Assembly (NCBI RefSeq): GCF_964194155.1
Contig: NC_135917.1
Location: 2,294,001-2,358,000, forward strand
DNA: 64,000 nt
Reading direction: 5' to 3'
Source of the DNA: Cetorhinus maximus
Taxonomy: Eukaryota
Below are positions 25,540-38,399 of this stretch, piece by piece (the first letter of the stretch is position 1; each line of letters starts with the position of its first letter). The position numbers and the translations under genes are program-made. The notes beneath the pieces are model-generated. The model did not search any database. It worked only from the letters and a program-made list of their open reading frames with translations, and was not told where the DNA came from.

Positions 25540-25935
25540 GTTTGGCTCAGTGATAGTACTCTCACCTCAATTGAATGATTATGGGTTCGAGCTCCGATTC
25601 AGGGCTTCAGCGCCAAATCTAAGCTGATATAACAGGTCACTACTGAGAGACTGCTGCATTAAGAGAGCTATCTTTCAGGTGAAACATTAAGCTGAGACCC
25701 TATCTCTCCATTCAGGTGGATATAAAGGATTTGAAGTTAGAGCAGGGGAATGAATTTTCTTGGTATCCAAACTAACGTTTGTCCATCAACCAAACAGATT
25801 AGCTGGTAATTTATCTGAGTGCTGTTTGTGTGCAAAGTGGTTGCCATGTTTGATTATAAAAAAAGTGACTACACTTCAGAAATAAATCATTGGCTAGTAA
25901 GGACTTTGGGACATCATGAGGACATGAAAAACACT
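25540..25935 (+). mobile_element. Deu-domain SINE, near full length
   Basis: A box ggctcagtgatag, B box gggttcgagc, Deu core, and tail ctttgggacatc. Confidence 0.7.
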
Positions 25936-27270
25936 TAATGCAATCAGGTACAGAAGCATAGTGGTTATGTTACTGGACCAGTAATCCAGAAGCCTGAACT
26001 AATGATCCAGAAAATATGAGTTTAAATTTCACCATGACAGGTTGAGATTTTGAATTCAGTTTTTAAATAAAACTATTTGGAAATTATTCTGTCCATTAAT
26101 GTGTGGTAATTTAGTATATTAGTATTACTGGAGTATTACCCCATTTCTGACCATGTTCCTAAAGTTAATTTGGGGAGCAATTTGGTTTGACAAATCCTTG
26201 GTTTAACAGATCCTGTAATAGCATTTAAGGGCTTGTCAAGGGCACCAATTAAACATGTGAATTTGCTTATGCTTGCCTTCCAGCTATGTTAATAAAGTGT
26301 CATCCGCCTATAACATCAACACTGTTTCTCTTTCCACAGATGCTTCCTGACCCACTGAGTGTTTCCAACATGTTCTGCTTTTATATCAAGTTAATGATGC
26401 TTGCTGTACAGATTGTGGTGGGGTAGAGAATCAGCAGAAATCCAACTATAACCCGGTCCGTAGGAAGTATTTTGGATGTGGTATGTCCATATTATTGACT
26501 GTCACACTGCAAGTTTACCCCATCAAAACTGGACAGTAATCAACCCACCTCCATAAAAATGATTCAATATAAAACCATCAGAATATGCATCCATAATAAA
26601 GTTTAACATTCAGTCCAGTGATAATTTATGCTAAATAGTTGGGATGTGTTATAGATCACTCAGGGAAGCCAAGTTGCGATCTCAACATACACTTTTACAG
26701 GTATGTTGTAGTCTGGAGCTTTTGGATAGTGATGGTAGAGGCTGCAACTTTCTATCCATCACACAGCTGACCAGAAATCTCTCCCACTCTTACTGTCTGC
26801 CATTGGAGTGTGTTGAAAGGATTTTCAGATTGGTAATCGCTTGTTTGGCCACATCTTCCTTGGTCATCAAGTCCTGGGTGGGACTCGAACCCAGAGCTTC
26901 TGGCTCAGAGGCAGGGATGCTATCCACTGTGTCACATGACCCCCAAATGTTATGTTTGTACAAGGTCAATTTTAGATAAAAGCTATTTATCTGACAATAT
27001 TACAGTACACACTGCAGTGTACCACAGGACTTGGTTCTCCTTAGGCTAAGTAAAAGAAAAGTCATTTTCAACAGCTTTTAAACACAATCAAGTGACAATC
27101 CAAAAATAGCTCTGTTATGCAAAACTGTAGTGATTATGACGATCCTTTCACATTAACTCCCCTCACTCTAATCAACAAAATTGGTGAACTCGAGGACAAA
27201 GAGGAAGGAAGTCTCGTCTAATAGTCACAAGAATTTATCATATTACTATTGTTTCAACATCAGCACTGAT

Positions 27271-27436
27271 GAAGCTGGTAGCTTCATGTGCGGTACTTGT
27301 GGCAGAACCTGCTTCTCAAGGATTGGCCCCTTCAGCCATCAGCAAAGGTGTGCTATATGAAGATACCCCATCTGAAATGGATTGTTTGCTATGTATCCAT
27401 CATCTTTTGTAGATGGAAGGATGCTGACAACGATGG
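27271..27436 (+). mobile_element. RTE-type LINE 3' fragment with a 23-bp TSD
   Basis: FMCGTCGRTCFSRIGPFSHQQRC zinc-finger tail and an atccatc...gatgga hairpin. TSD attgtttcaacatcag(c/t)act(g/a)at at 27248 and 27437. Confidence 0.75.
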
Positions 27437-27464
27437 ATTGTTTCAACATCAGTACTAATTCATG

Positions 27465-27610
27465 TCTTCGGAACTTCCGAAGAAGAGTCATATTGGACTT
27501 GAAACATTAATTCTGTTTCTCTCTCCACAGATGCTGCCAGACCTGCTGAGTTTTTCCAACACTTTCAGTTTTTATTTCCGATTTCCAGCATCCACAGTAT
27601 TTTGCATTTA
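27465..27610 (+). mobile_element. Penelope terminal-repeat remnant
   Basis: ccgaagaagagtcatattggacttgaaac followed by ctctccacagatgctgccagacctgctgag. Related copies lie at 26320-26390, 33060-33200 and 34365-34470. Confidence 0.65.
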
Positions 27611-28266
27611 CTTTAGAGAGAGAACTGGCTTCATTGTCATGGTCATACATGTCATGGTTCCTGAGACTCATCTTCACATTTTTCATCCTATACTGTCTTA
27701 AAAGTCATTTGTTCCTGTCTAGTGTCAGTTTGATATTTAGCTTGCTGTAAACAGTCTTCAGTGGGGTAGCATTAAGGCAAATGGTCTTCAACTGAATGAA
27801 GGTACCCTGCAGAAGATGCTTCCTGGCCCAGTTTTCATTTTGTTTCCTGGTGAGTTGAGGTTTTCTCATGTCCATGTACACATCTGTGGCCACTTCCTGC
27901 ATTGACTACAACCTCTACGCAATGAGTCCTTAAAGTTACATTCTTAAATTTTGGGGTTCTGATGTACAGAAGTTTGGAGATTGAAATGCTTTGCTGAGAT
28001 GGAAAGTGACAACCTTTTAAAATGCTCAGCACAACTTGAAACATGAATTTTTGTATACATTTGGAAAAAACAACTTCTAAGCTCATAATTTGCTGTCCCA
28101 TATAATCTTTCTCTTCCCTCCATTTTACAGTTATGCTGAAATCAACACCCACGACATCGTCTCCAACTCATAACTCATTATTTTCCTGGATCTGAAAATT
28201 GTGGCTGTCTTCTGTCAATTTGGACACTTGGACACATGGCAAAATCTAATACTTTTCTAAATTTAC

Positions 28267-28461
28267 CTGCTGGTTTTTGCTTTGCATGCTCATGTTGAAG
28301 ACTAAACAGAGTGTTAGATAGTTTATGCAGATTGTCTATGCATTCTTGTGAAGAAGCCAAGCTTGATTGCACTTTCACGTTAACTTCCTCAATCCATTCA
28401 GCTGACCTTTTTTCAACTTCTCCATCCTCCTCGAAGTCTTCTTCATCAATTAGTATTTGAT
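28267..28461 (-). CDS. FAM186B: FAM186-like coding exon 3
   Basis: Acceptor atattttgcag, donor cag|gtaaat, phase 1 to 1. EWIEEVNVKVQSSLASSQECIDNL resembles FAM186B EWIEVTEKVLPLSLIATKRGIESL as recalled. Confidence 0.88.
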
Positions 28462-28687
28462 CTGCAAAATATATGGATAAGATAAAATTATATTTGTAAA
28501 TTAGATTGAAACAGCACATCTGGCCATACATAAAGCTGCTCCTGTTTTAAGAGCACTTATTATTCTTATTTGCATTTTTTTTTTTGGCTTCATCAAGGTG
28601 AAGAATTTAGTGTTAGTAAGTGAAACACTTTCCATCTTGAGCACAGAGCATTATCAGCTTTGAACACTCTCAAGTTAGGCATAACAT

Positions 28688-29076
28688 GGTTAGATACAGA
28701 GTAAAGCTTCCTCTACACTGTACCCATCAAACACTCCCAGGACAGGTACAGCATGGAGTTAGATACAGAGTAAAGCTCCCTCTACACCGTCCCCATCAAA
28801 CACTCCCAGGACAGGTACAGCACAGGGTTAGATACAGAGTAAAGCTCCCTCTACACTATCCCATCAGACACTCCCAGGGCAGGTACAGCACAGGGTTAGA
28901 TACAGAGTAAAGCTCCCTCTACACTATTGCATCAAACACTCCCAGGACAGGTACAGCATGGGGTTAGATACAGAATAAAGCTCCCTCTACACAGTCCCCA
29001 TCAAACACTCCCAGGATAGGTACAGCATGGGGTTAGATACAGAGTAAAGCTCATTCTATACTACCCTATTAAACAC
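28688..29076. repeat. ~69-bp minisatellite, about 5.5 copies
   Basis: Unit ggttagatacagagtaaagctccctctacactgtcccatcaaacactcccaggacaggtacagca(t/c)gg. Confidence 0.95.
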
Positions 29077-29504
29077 ATCAATCTCAGGAGCTGGGTCACA
29101 TGAGTTCAAATCATGACCAGGGAAACTGGTTTACTGTGACTGATTCAGTCAAATTCTGTTTTATTACATAGGATTGCCAAATTTGTACTGCCTTTTTTGA
29201 GATCACAATCTGCAACTTCTTCCATTTCTCCTGGTCAATATTTATCCCTCAAACCAACATCATCAAAACAGATGATCTGATTATTTATCTAATTGCTGTT
29301 TGTGGAAGATTGCTGTACAAACTGGTTGCTCTATTTCCTTCATGACAATAGTAACTACAATTCAAAAATACTTCTTTGGCTGTGAAGTGTTTTGGGATGT
29401 CCTGAGGTGGGAGGGAAGGTGTTATATAAATGCAAACTCTTTCTTTCTAATGAGACTCCACCCTATTCCCAACATTTCCATTCAGGATGTCAGTAAGAGT
29501 GGCA

Positions 29505-30290
29505 CTTATAGGAACAGGTGGAGGCCATTTAACCTCTTGAGTCTGTGCCACACATTCAGTGAAATCATGGCTGATCTGTGGCCTACCTCCATATACCCCA
29601 CCTTTGTCCCATATCACTTAATACGTTTGGTTAACAAAAATCTATCAATATGAGGTTTAAAATGAACAATTGATCCAGTATCATTTGCTGTTTGTGGAAG
29701 AGAGTTCCAAACTTCTACCATCCTTTGTGTGTAGATGTATTTCTGAGTTTCACTCCTGAAGGGTCTGGCTCTAATTTTTAGACTATGCCCCCTAGTTCTT
29801 GGCTCCCCAACCAAACAGTGGAACTAGTCTTTCTCTACCCAATCCATTTCCCTTAATATTTTGAAAACTTCAATTAAATCACCACTTAACCTTCAAAATT
29901 TCAGGGAATACAACCCTAGTTCGTGTAATCTCTCTTTACAATTTAATCTTTGGAATGGTATCTGGGTTAAACCAGTGAATCTACAAGGCGCTCCCTCTAA
30001 GGCCAATATGTCTTTCCTAAGATGTGTTGGCCTGAATTGCTCACAGTACGCCAGGTGTGGTCTAACCAGGGCTTTGTATAGCTTAATCAAGACTTCTACC
30101 CCTTTGTATTCTAGTCTTTTAGATATAAATATCGGCATTCCATTAGCTTTTTTGATTAATTACTGTACCTGTTTATGACATTTATGACATCTATATACCT
30201 GACCCCTGAAGTCTCTTTGGACCTCCATTGTTCCTAGCTTTTCAAGATTTAGGAGATACTCTGGTCTATCATTTTTAGTCCAAAGTGGGC
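29505..30290 (-). mobile_element. CR1/HER1 LINE 3' fragment
   Basis: LYKALVRPHLAYCEQF...RTRGHSLKI...VWNSLP plus the tail. Confidence 0.85.
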
Positions 30291-31857
30291 ACTTAGGACA
30301 AAATGGCTGACTCCAAGCTAACATCATCTTGATATAACATTCAGGGCCCGATATTGGTTCAGTAAAATATTACTTAGTGAGAAATTGTTCTGTCTGGTTC
30401 GTCAATGTTAATGCACACTATAGTAATGTGAAACTACAAAAATACTTCATTTAAATTAAAAACAAACTGATAAGCATATTATTAGGCTTCTTGAAACAAA
30501 ACCTGGGTATTTGTAAGGGCTGATTTTATCCAAGAGTGCACACCAGAAGGCCCATCATTCTAGCCCCTGATAAGTGTCACAATACATATTTTAACAGTCT
30601 AATACTCTAATGTGTGACACACCATTTAAAGGTGCATTTATAATTCTGTTCATATGAAGTGGTTTGGCTTCATCCGGATGTGATTGTTGCATTAGGAATG
30701 AAATATTAGTCTTACTCTGCAGTCCTTTTAGAGCTCAATGATATGTTGCAACATGTGTTTGGGTTACATAGCAAATATAAAATCAAAAAGACCCACTTGA
30801 TAAACATGAGGGAATAACTCTGAAAGCTTCCATTCCAAGTCTACACTTACAGTCAACAACCTGCCTTAGAACCTACAGCTGACTCCACCTAAGTGCATGC
30901 CTAAAAGATGCATGGTTCCAATATGCAATTTAACCAAGTGAGAAACATCAATTCGATACAAGATTTGACCTACACCCAATATATCCCATCTTGTTGTTAG
31001 TATCTTTCATTGTGCTTTTTGCCAATTAATGATATTAAGCTATTCAACTGTGATGCTGTTCTCACTGGATATCCACACATGAGCATATTCCATCAAGAGC
31101 TGCTGAACAGTAATAGAACCCTTGCTGATTTTCCCTCATAAGTAACCAAATTGTAGTGCTCCTACTGAGATAATGCAACACAGACCATGAGTCAAACCTG
31201 GCACCTACTAGTTTGTATACCTTACTGCTCCAGTGTCTTTACCTGCTGGGTAATCAGATAAGCATAATTTTCACTGAGTGTTGCTTTGTTGATTAAACCT
31301 TGTGACATAAATACTGACTGTTGAAGTGTTCAAATCGAAACTGGGTCTGGCTCATATCCAGCAGAGAGCAAGGGAATTGTGATGGAAAATGATAATAAAT
31401 GGTTGAATTGGATCCTGGTTGATGGGATGACCTGGAAGTCCTCTTCTCTTGCCTACATTCCTAATAGGAATGATTGCTTCTATGTTCAATACACTATCTA
31501 TAATAATATATCAAAAATCTTACATTTATGCACACTTCCTGTGTACAAAACTTATTTCCTTGTCACATTTTTGTTAAAATTTTATGTCAACTTTTTCCAT
31601 TATAAATTCCTATGTCCACATTTATAATGAATCTGCCCATGTAAACTTGTCACACCATAATTACACCCTCCCACCAGCCGTATTACTGAAATGTCATGTT
31701 TTTGCACCACCCAGCTCCTCAGCCTGTACTGCAGAGAAAGTCCTACGTTCCAATCAAACCTACTTCTCTGCTTCTCAAATTGGGAGAGTTAGGTTAAAAT
31801 TCCCCCCTCAGTGTGTAAAGCCACTGAAAATCAACTAGTTTATAATAAACCACATAC

Positions 31858-32068
31858 TGCTGTCTGATAGCCATTGTAGAATAAACTTTAAGATTTCCTC
31901 TTTGGTGCTGCTGCCGGTTGCAAACTCAGTGATCGTATCTATCAACCATTCCCTTTCCTTTCTTTCAGGGGTAAAGGTGATTTTTGGCACTTGTTGGTGG
32001 TCAAATCTTGCGTGGCTCAAAGCAAAATTCACTTTGTCTAGAATGTCCCTCAAGCGTTCTGCAACTTC
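31858..32068 (-). CDS. FAM186B: FAM186-like coding exon 2
   Basis: Acceptor tttgccaacag, donor gca|gtatgt, phase 0 to 1. EVAERLRDILDKVN...KEEILKFILQWL resembles FAM186 DISTQLSDILDNVN...KEKHLYDILRWL. Confidence 0.88.
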
Positions 32069-32264
32069 CTGTTGGCAAATGTTAAAAGAAAAGATCAAAA
32101 AGAGGTAAGCTATTCAAGCAAATTAGTAGTTTCAACAATTGCAGGATTTTTTTGGAAATGTTAACTACTTCTAAAAGATGCAAAGCACTTCACTCAGCCT
32201 ATCTATGCCCCGCTGTAAAAAATGAAGAAAACATAATTGCATCTTAATGAAGAAAAAAATGAAA

Positions 32265-32490
32265 GATCTGTATTTATGTAGTGCCTTTCATGACCTCGGG
32301 ATGTCCCAAAGTGCTTTAAAGCTGTTGAAGTACCATTGAAATGTAGCTACTGTTGTAATGCGAGAAAACACTGCAGTCAATTTGTGCTCAACAGGATCCC
32401 ACAAACAGCAATGAAATAAATTACCAGATAATTGTTTTGTTGTAATTTTGCTTGAGGGATAAATATTGGTGAGTACACTGGGGAAAACTT
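32265..32490 (-). mobile_element. Deu-SINE 3' half
   Basis: L2-like tail and body motifs as in the other copies. Confidence 0.6.
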
Positions 32491-34718
32491 TCATTCAATC
32501 ACCATTATCTCATCTCTTCCCCATTACCAGGACCTCCCAACCAGGGTAATAGCTCATCACCAATGTACAGTGTGATAATAGAAAATATGTTTTATTTCAT
32601 TGAATATTCAATGCCTCCCTGGTAACTTGTACTGTGTAGTGCTGTTTGGCTTCAATGTTCTCATCTATAAACCCTCTTCACTCAATGGCTTCCCACAGAC
32701 AACTGCTAGGAGTGTAAAATGTGAGAACTTTACAAATACAAATCATTTGCTAATCCTTTGTTCGAGCCAAAACAAGAAAAAATCACCAGTGGGTTTATGC
32801 TTCCCCCTCCTCATACATGTAATATGACAGACCTTATTCAGTAGCATATTCACACACATTATATACAGACATATAACACACAGATGTAGGAAGCCACTCA
32901 GTTGTATCCAAAACTACTATCCTTGGTTAAAGAAGAAGGCCCAGCACTTCTCTGGGCACTTAGAGATGGGCAATAAATGCTGGCCTTGCCAGTATGCCTG
33001 CATCCCAAGAACAATTAAAAAGATTCCAAATGAGCTACCAAGTTAAAAACACTGCAGGAAAAATGCTCTGACAAAGAGTCATATGGACGCAAAATGTTAA
33101 CTCTGCTTATATCTCCACAGATGCTGTCAGACCTGCTGAGTTTTTCCAGCATTTTCTGTTTTTATTTCAGATTTCCAGCATCCGCAGTATTTTGCTTTGA
33201 AGGAAAAATGGTCTGTTTTGTTTCAGTACAATCTGCCACAATGACTCCCGGTTGCCAAGGCCACGGACAACAATAAGGTTCTGAATAATGGCAATTTTAG
33301 AATTTGAAATAACAGTATCCACAAATATCATTCACATTTTTAAAAATAAAATGTCAGTTTCAGATACTATATATGGAGAGTACAATGAGAAATTCTATCA
33401 GCTATGTGACTGACAATCCCAGTCTCCATAAATTTAATAAAACATGCCCCACAATTTCCTCTAATCATCTCTGTTTCTCTGAAAATAAAGTTCCAGTCTC
33501 AGGAGCAGATAAAATGCCAACATCAAGTTCAAATCTCAGTTCTGGTTCACTAAAGCTCGCCATCATTCTGTGTATGCCTCTGTGCAAATCAAAATAATTC
33601 AATTAAATTATGCAACAATGATCCTCAATAAAACCTCAAGATCCAAAATATTCCCAAAAAGATCACATTATGTCTAGAGTAAGAAGAGGATTTCGGCCCA
33701 TCAAGCCCTCAATACGAATGGTGAAGGGGAAATAATTGCTGGGCTCTGGAAAAAGAACAGAGGAGCGGGACCAATTGGATTACTCTTCGAAAGAGCTGGC
33801 GCAGACTCAATGGGCCGAATGGCCTCCTGTGCTGTACTCCTCTATGATTTTATAGCAATAAGAGGGATTCATTTGTTTTTTTTTTGAACTTGTGATCTCC
33901 ATGCAGCTAATAATTTGATCAGTCTGCCTGGAATCGTACTTTTGTTGCTTTCAAAGTAACCTGCTTCCCGACTCCTGCTTGTGTGCTCCGGGTGGCCACT
34001 AGGAGGCCTCAGGCGTACAGCCCAGACAGGACGCCTCCAGCAGATTAACCTACTGTTGTCCAGGGCTGTGGGGAGATCGGGGATTGAGCAGAGAACTGGA
34101 TCGACCCACATGCTTGCACTCTGTGGAGTGTTCAAGCTGTCACGCTGAGTACCACTTTGCCACCGACTCATAACTCGTTTTAACGTGTGAGGTATATAAA
34201 TGTCAATGTCAAGGTTGATGAACTTTCAAAGCAGTGTCACTGGGACAATAAACATCTTATCTGCTTTCTTCCTGTCAAGGAACGCTCCTTTGGAATACAA
34301 TGTTTCTATTGAGATTCCGGTCCCAGATTCAAGTCGAGGGAAAACAAAATGAAAAAAAACGAAGAAACCTGAAATAAAGGCAGAAAATGCGAGAAATCGA
34401 CAGCAGGTCAGTCAGCCTCTAAAGAAAACAAGATAGACCAATGTTTCGGGTGTAGCTATTTGGTCAGAATCATAAATACGTTGTGCTTCAATATCCTTCA
34501 AGTTACAGTGACACGATGGTGCTGAAATTGGGAATGATGTTCCCGCTTCTTCTAAATTCAGGACTGGATGTTTCGACGAATGTAAATTTTAGTACAAACT
34601 TATATAACACTCAGCCAGGAACCGTCCTTCTAAGTGATTTTTTTGTGAAAATACGCGATTGCTGCTGCCCTCGCTATTTATAACTGATCATATTTTCCCT
34701 TCTGCAAGTGATCGTTAC

Positions 34719-34859
34719 CTGTCTTGCTCTCGCCAGCTGCGCTGTCTCAATTTTTCCTATTGCTCGTTGGACAGTCGTGGAGAGGTCACTGTCGCTTTCA
34801 TTGGGTGTCAGAATAGTGCTCTCAGAGTCAGTCTTACTTTTGTCCTCTTTATTGTCCAT
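34719..34859 (-). CDS. FAM186B: FAM186-like first coding exon (exon begins at 34882 after acceptor ttttttcctcag)
   Basis: MDNKEDK...TTVQRAIGKIETAQLARARQ|gtaacg matches the FAM186 N-terminal SVK.II.RIE.AQL.RA.E motif. 47 codons, phase 0. Confidence 0.88.
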
Positions 34860-35057
34860 ATTGTTTGTGAAAAGGCACACAACTGAGGAAAAAACCCTCA
34901 AATAGTTACAAGAACCGATATATATATGTATGTATTTTAACTTTCCCTTAATCTTTTGCCCATCTAAGTGGAAGGGGCAGGTGAGGGAGGTGAGGCGAAT
35001 TCTCACACCGGTGTTTTGGCACCTTGAGCGATGTGTCATGAATGAACGATTGTTTAC

Positions 35058-35200
35058 CTGGGTTGACGCCGCACTGGCGGTGCTCGGAAATCGACATCGA
35101 CGTTCACGGTGTGGATTTCATGTCTCCACAGGACATGACAATGGGAAATGACACTAGTCACAAGGCTAACTGAAGGTTACTTGGGCATACGCGTCCTTTT
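35058..35200 (-). other. probable non-coding first exon of the FAM186-like gene (TSS not resolved)
   Basis: Minus-strand donor cccag|gtaaac at 35058 pairs with the acceptor at 34883. The region is CpG-rich. Confidence 0.5.
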
Positions 35201-35271
35201 TTTAAGAAGGGCGCAGGTAAATGTGAGCTTGTTTGGACCCTTGACAGCAAGAACCGAGAGAAGAACAACAA

Positions 35272-35347
35272 ACCACAACTCCCAAGATGCACCGGAGCTC
35301 TCCACGCAGGCGCTCGGAGTCCCTGGGTGGCGTCACGTCTATAAATA
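35272..35347 (+). promoter_or_regulatory. bidirectional promoter core: ZNF143/THAP11-type site, CRE, TATA box
   Basis: accacaactcccaagatgca (35272-35291, versus consensus ACTACAnnTCCCAnnATGC), tggcgtca (35328-35335), and tataaata (35340-35347), inside a CpG-rich region. Confidence 0.7.
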
Positions 35348-38300
35348 GCGGCGCTGTGGAACGTCGAGCCTATTGTTAGACAGGTCGGTACATTGTAGCT
35401 GGTCAGAGTACGGGCTGCGGCAAGTCAGTTTCACCAGTCAATTTCACCACTACCAACTTAAGTTAGCTTCTTCCCTACACCCCCCCAACCCTACCCCCGC
35501 CCCGGCCCTTACAATCTAAACCATCGCCTGCCAACCTTCCTCTGATCGCAACAAACCCAAACACCTCCACCGGCAAAAAAAAAGAACACTTTCTTTAACA
35601 CGAATCTGTTTGGAAAAGGGGTTGAATATATATTGTATGAAAGGCTGTTGTGGAGGAAAAAAAGGGACTCGCCCAGCCAAGCGCCATTTAAATCCCTGTA
35701 CAGCACTTAAATAGGAGGGAAACTGCCGATTATAATCTACATTTCAGGTAGGGGATTGCGTTTTTTTACTTGTTTGTGCATGATCATTGGTCCGTCATTA
35801 ACAAGGATGGCAGAATGCTATTTTCTGCTGAATGATTCGGCTGGCTATAAACAAGCTTTGACACCGTTTATGATGCGGTTTCCGGGATAGTCGCCGGTAA
35901 ATTTTCGTCAGAACTAGTGATCAGTTGATGAATCATGTCATGTTAAATACCATCTCCTTCTCATTGCTCCTCATTTACCTTTCCGAACGGCATTGCCCTT
36001 TACCCACTAGTTGTGCAGATCAAATGTCAAAATCTAGTTCGCCCACAGTTACAGTAAAGCGGGTCAACTGCAATGTAGTGTGAGCATTCTTCTGGTGACA
36101 CCCCGTAAACGGTACGGTAAAACATTAAGCAAATAACTACATCCAATATTAATGCTTGCTGAACTCTCTCACGTCTCCGCGCATTATATATTTCTCGGTA
36201 CATTAGGAGTCCCTTTTTGTTCTGCCTTTATTGAAATCTATAGCAACCTCATTCTCTAATATAAATTTACCACCAAATTAAGTTAGTATGTAAATATCAA
36301 GGAGTCTTACTCCCACCCCCACTCCCTCCAGACACTGAAATTGTGACATGGATGGCACTTGTGTTCAGCTACTCTGGATCTGCTTATTATACGGGTATAA
36401 TGTATTTTAATGACTGTAAAACATGTTATGGGAAGAGCAAAATATGCTTTAAAAGTCTCACAGAGGGATGTATTTTTATGATTTCCATTCAATCCTATAT
36501 TGCGGTGAATATTATTTATTCTAGCAAAGCTGTTGGTAAAAAATTGAGTTTTAATTGACTAAATTGTCTCTGAACTAGATGGGAAAAACAATATAGTTGA
36601 GATTTTGTGCAAGCTATCCTAATAAAGCTTGGTTTTTAATGGATTCCTGCCCAAGGGCAACACACAGTTGTAACACTGTCACTGGAAACAAAATGGACAC
36701 AATATTAATCACGGATTCATCTTATAACACTGTAGTTTCTTAATCACCAAAGTGAAGGACTGTTTAGGAAGAACCCCATTTTCAGAAGTTGATATGCAAG
36801 GATTTCTGGGTCTCATGATTTCAAAGCATATGATTAGGGTTTACGGTGTAAAATAGGAAAAAAAACTGTCTCAAAGGAAATTGGGTAAGCACCTGAAGGG
36901 AAAGAAATTGCAGGGGAAGGGAATGGGACCAGCTAAATTGCTCTTGCAGAGATTCAATATGGGCTTGATAGGCCTCCTGTGCTGTAACCATTCTATAATT
37001 CTATTCAGTTATTACATGGGATTGCAGAGCTGTTGCCACCTTTTTCTAGGGATTACGTTCTGCAGTTCCTTCCATTTTTCCATGAATACCGAAAACTTGT
37101 TCACAAAAGAGTTGCTGTTCCTCATAATCGGTCACCGGCTTATGAATAAATCAAATTCTGTCAATATGTGAAACTCTGGGATTTTTAATGATCCATCTTG
37201 TGGGGATTGTGTTGCATGATTCCATCCATTTTCTTGAGAAAAATGAAAACCAGTAATCTTGCATGTCAATCCTTTCTGGCCATGAATAATATTTTACAAA
37301 GTTGCAGTGGATTGCCTGGGAACCCAAAAGGCTTCCCATCTTTCTAACTAAATGTCAAGTAAGGAAAAGGGAAGGTTTCTCTGCCAGCTGTGGGAGCACC
37401 ATTGCCACAAAGACTGCAGCGGTTCAAGAAAGTCCACCAGCTTCTGGAGTAATTAGCCAGGGGCAATAAATAGCAGCATTTTCAGTGTCACCCATACCCC
37501 AAAAACAAATTCTACTCATAGGCACCTTGCTTTCTGTTGCAAACTGGATTTGGCAGAAACTAGGGAGCAGGTTGCCCACTTGATTGGATAAGATTGATGG
37601 TCGATGTTAGTCCTTACTCCTAAAGCCTCCAGACTTAATGGCCAAAAACAATTAGTGCAAGTAAAATCATATTCAGTAGAGTTGTTACTGGTATTACAGT
37701 TCTGTGCTAATGAGTGTAACCAGAAGGAAAATGAGCTACAGCTGGCGGAATGCTTGCAGATCAACAACTAGCATTTATAGGGTGCCTTTAATGTAGGGAA
37801 ACGTCCCAAAGTGGTTCAGACAAGCATAATCAAAACAAAATATAGACACTAAACCAAAGAAAGATATATTAGGAGTGGTGACTAAATGCTTGGTCAGTGG
37901 CAAATTGTAAGGAGGAGAGACAGGGAATTTCAGAGCTTAGGGCCTAGACGGCTGAAGGCAGAGCCCCCAGTAGTGGGTAAAGGGAGTGAAAGATGTACAA
38001 GGTGTTGGGTTTCAAGTTAGGCCTACCTATTGCTGAAATCACTGGGTTCCTCTGGGCCTAGTCTCAGAAGGGTTCCTTCAGCAGAAGGGAAGTCTACACA
38101 ACATCTTGCATTTATATAGCACCTTTTAATATAGTAAAATAACCCAATTTGCTTCATAGGAGCATTATCAAAATTTGACACCAAGCCACCTAAGGCAATA
38201 TCAAGACAGGTGACCAAAAACTTGGTCAAAGAGGTAGATTTTAAGGAGTGCCTTAAAAGGAAGGGAGAGATGCAGAGATGCATCATATCCATGTATGTGA

Positions 38301-38399
38301 TGGGGAAAATTGCATCTATGTGGTAAAACTGACAGTTAGGAGAAACCTGTTGCTCAAAGTTGCCCCATCCAATTGCTGGTGAATGCAATGGAGAGACAA

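Noticed and set aside
28688-29076. CRISPR-like array
   Set aside because: Pure tandem units with no unique spacers, in a vertebrate context.
34708-34905. hydrophobic plus-strand ORFs overlapping FAM186 exons (also 25099-25416 and 31902-32108)
   Set aside because: Antisense shadows of the real minus-strand exons.
35397-35445. Y RNA-like start gctggtcagagt
   Set aside because: Lacks the bulged-C motif, the CTTGAC 3' strand and a T-run terminator, and is too far from the TATA.
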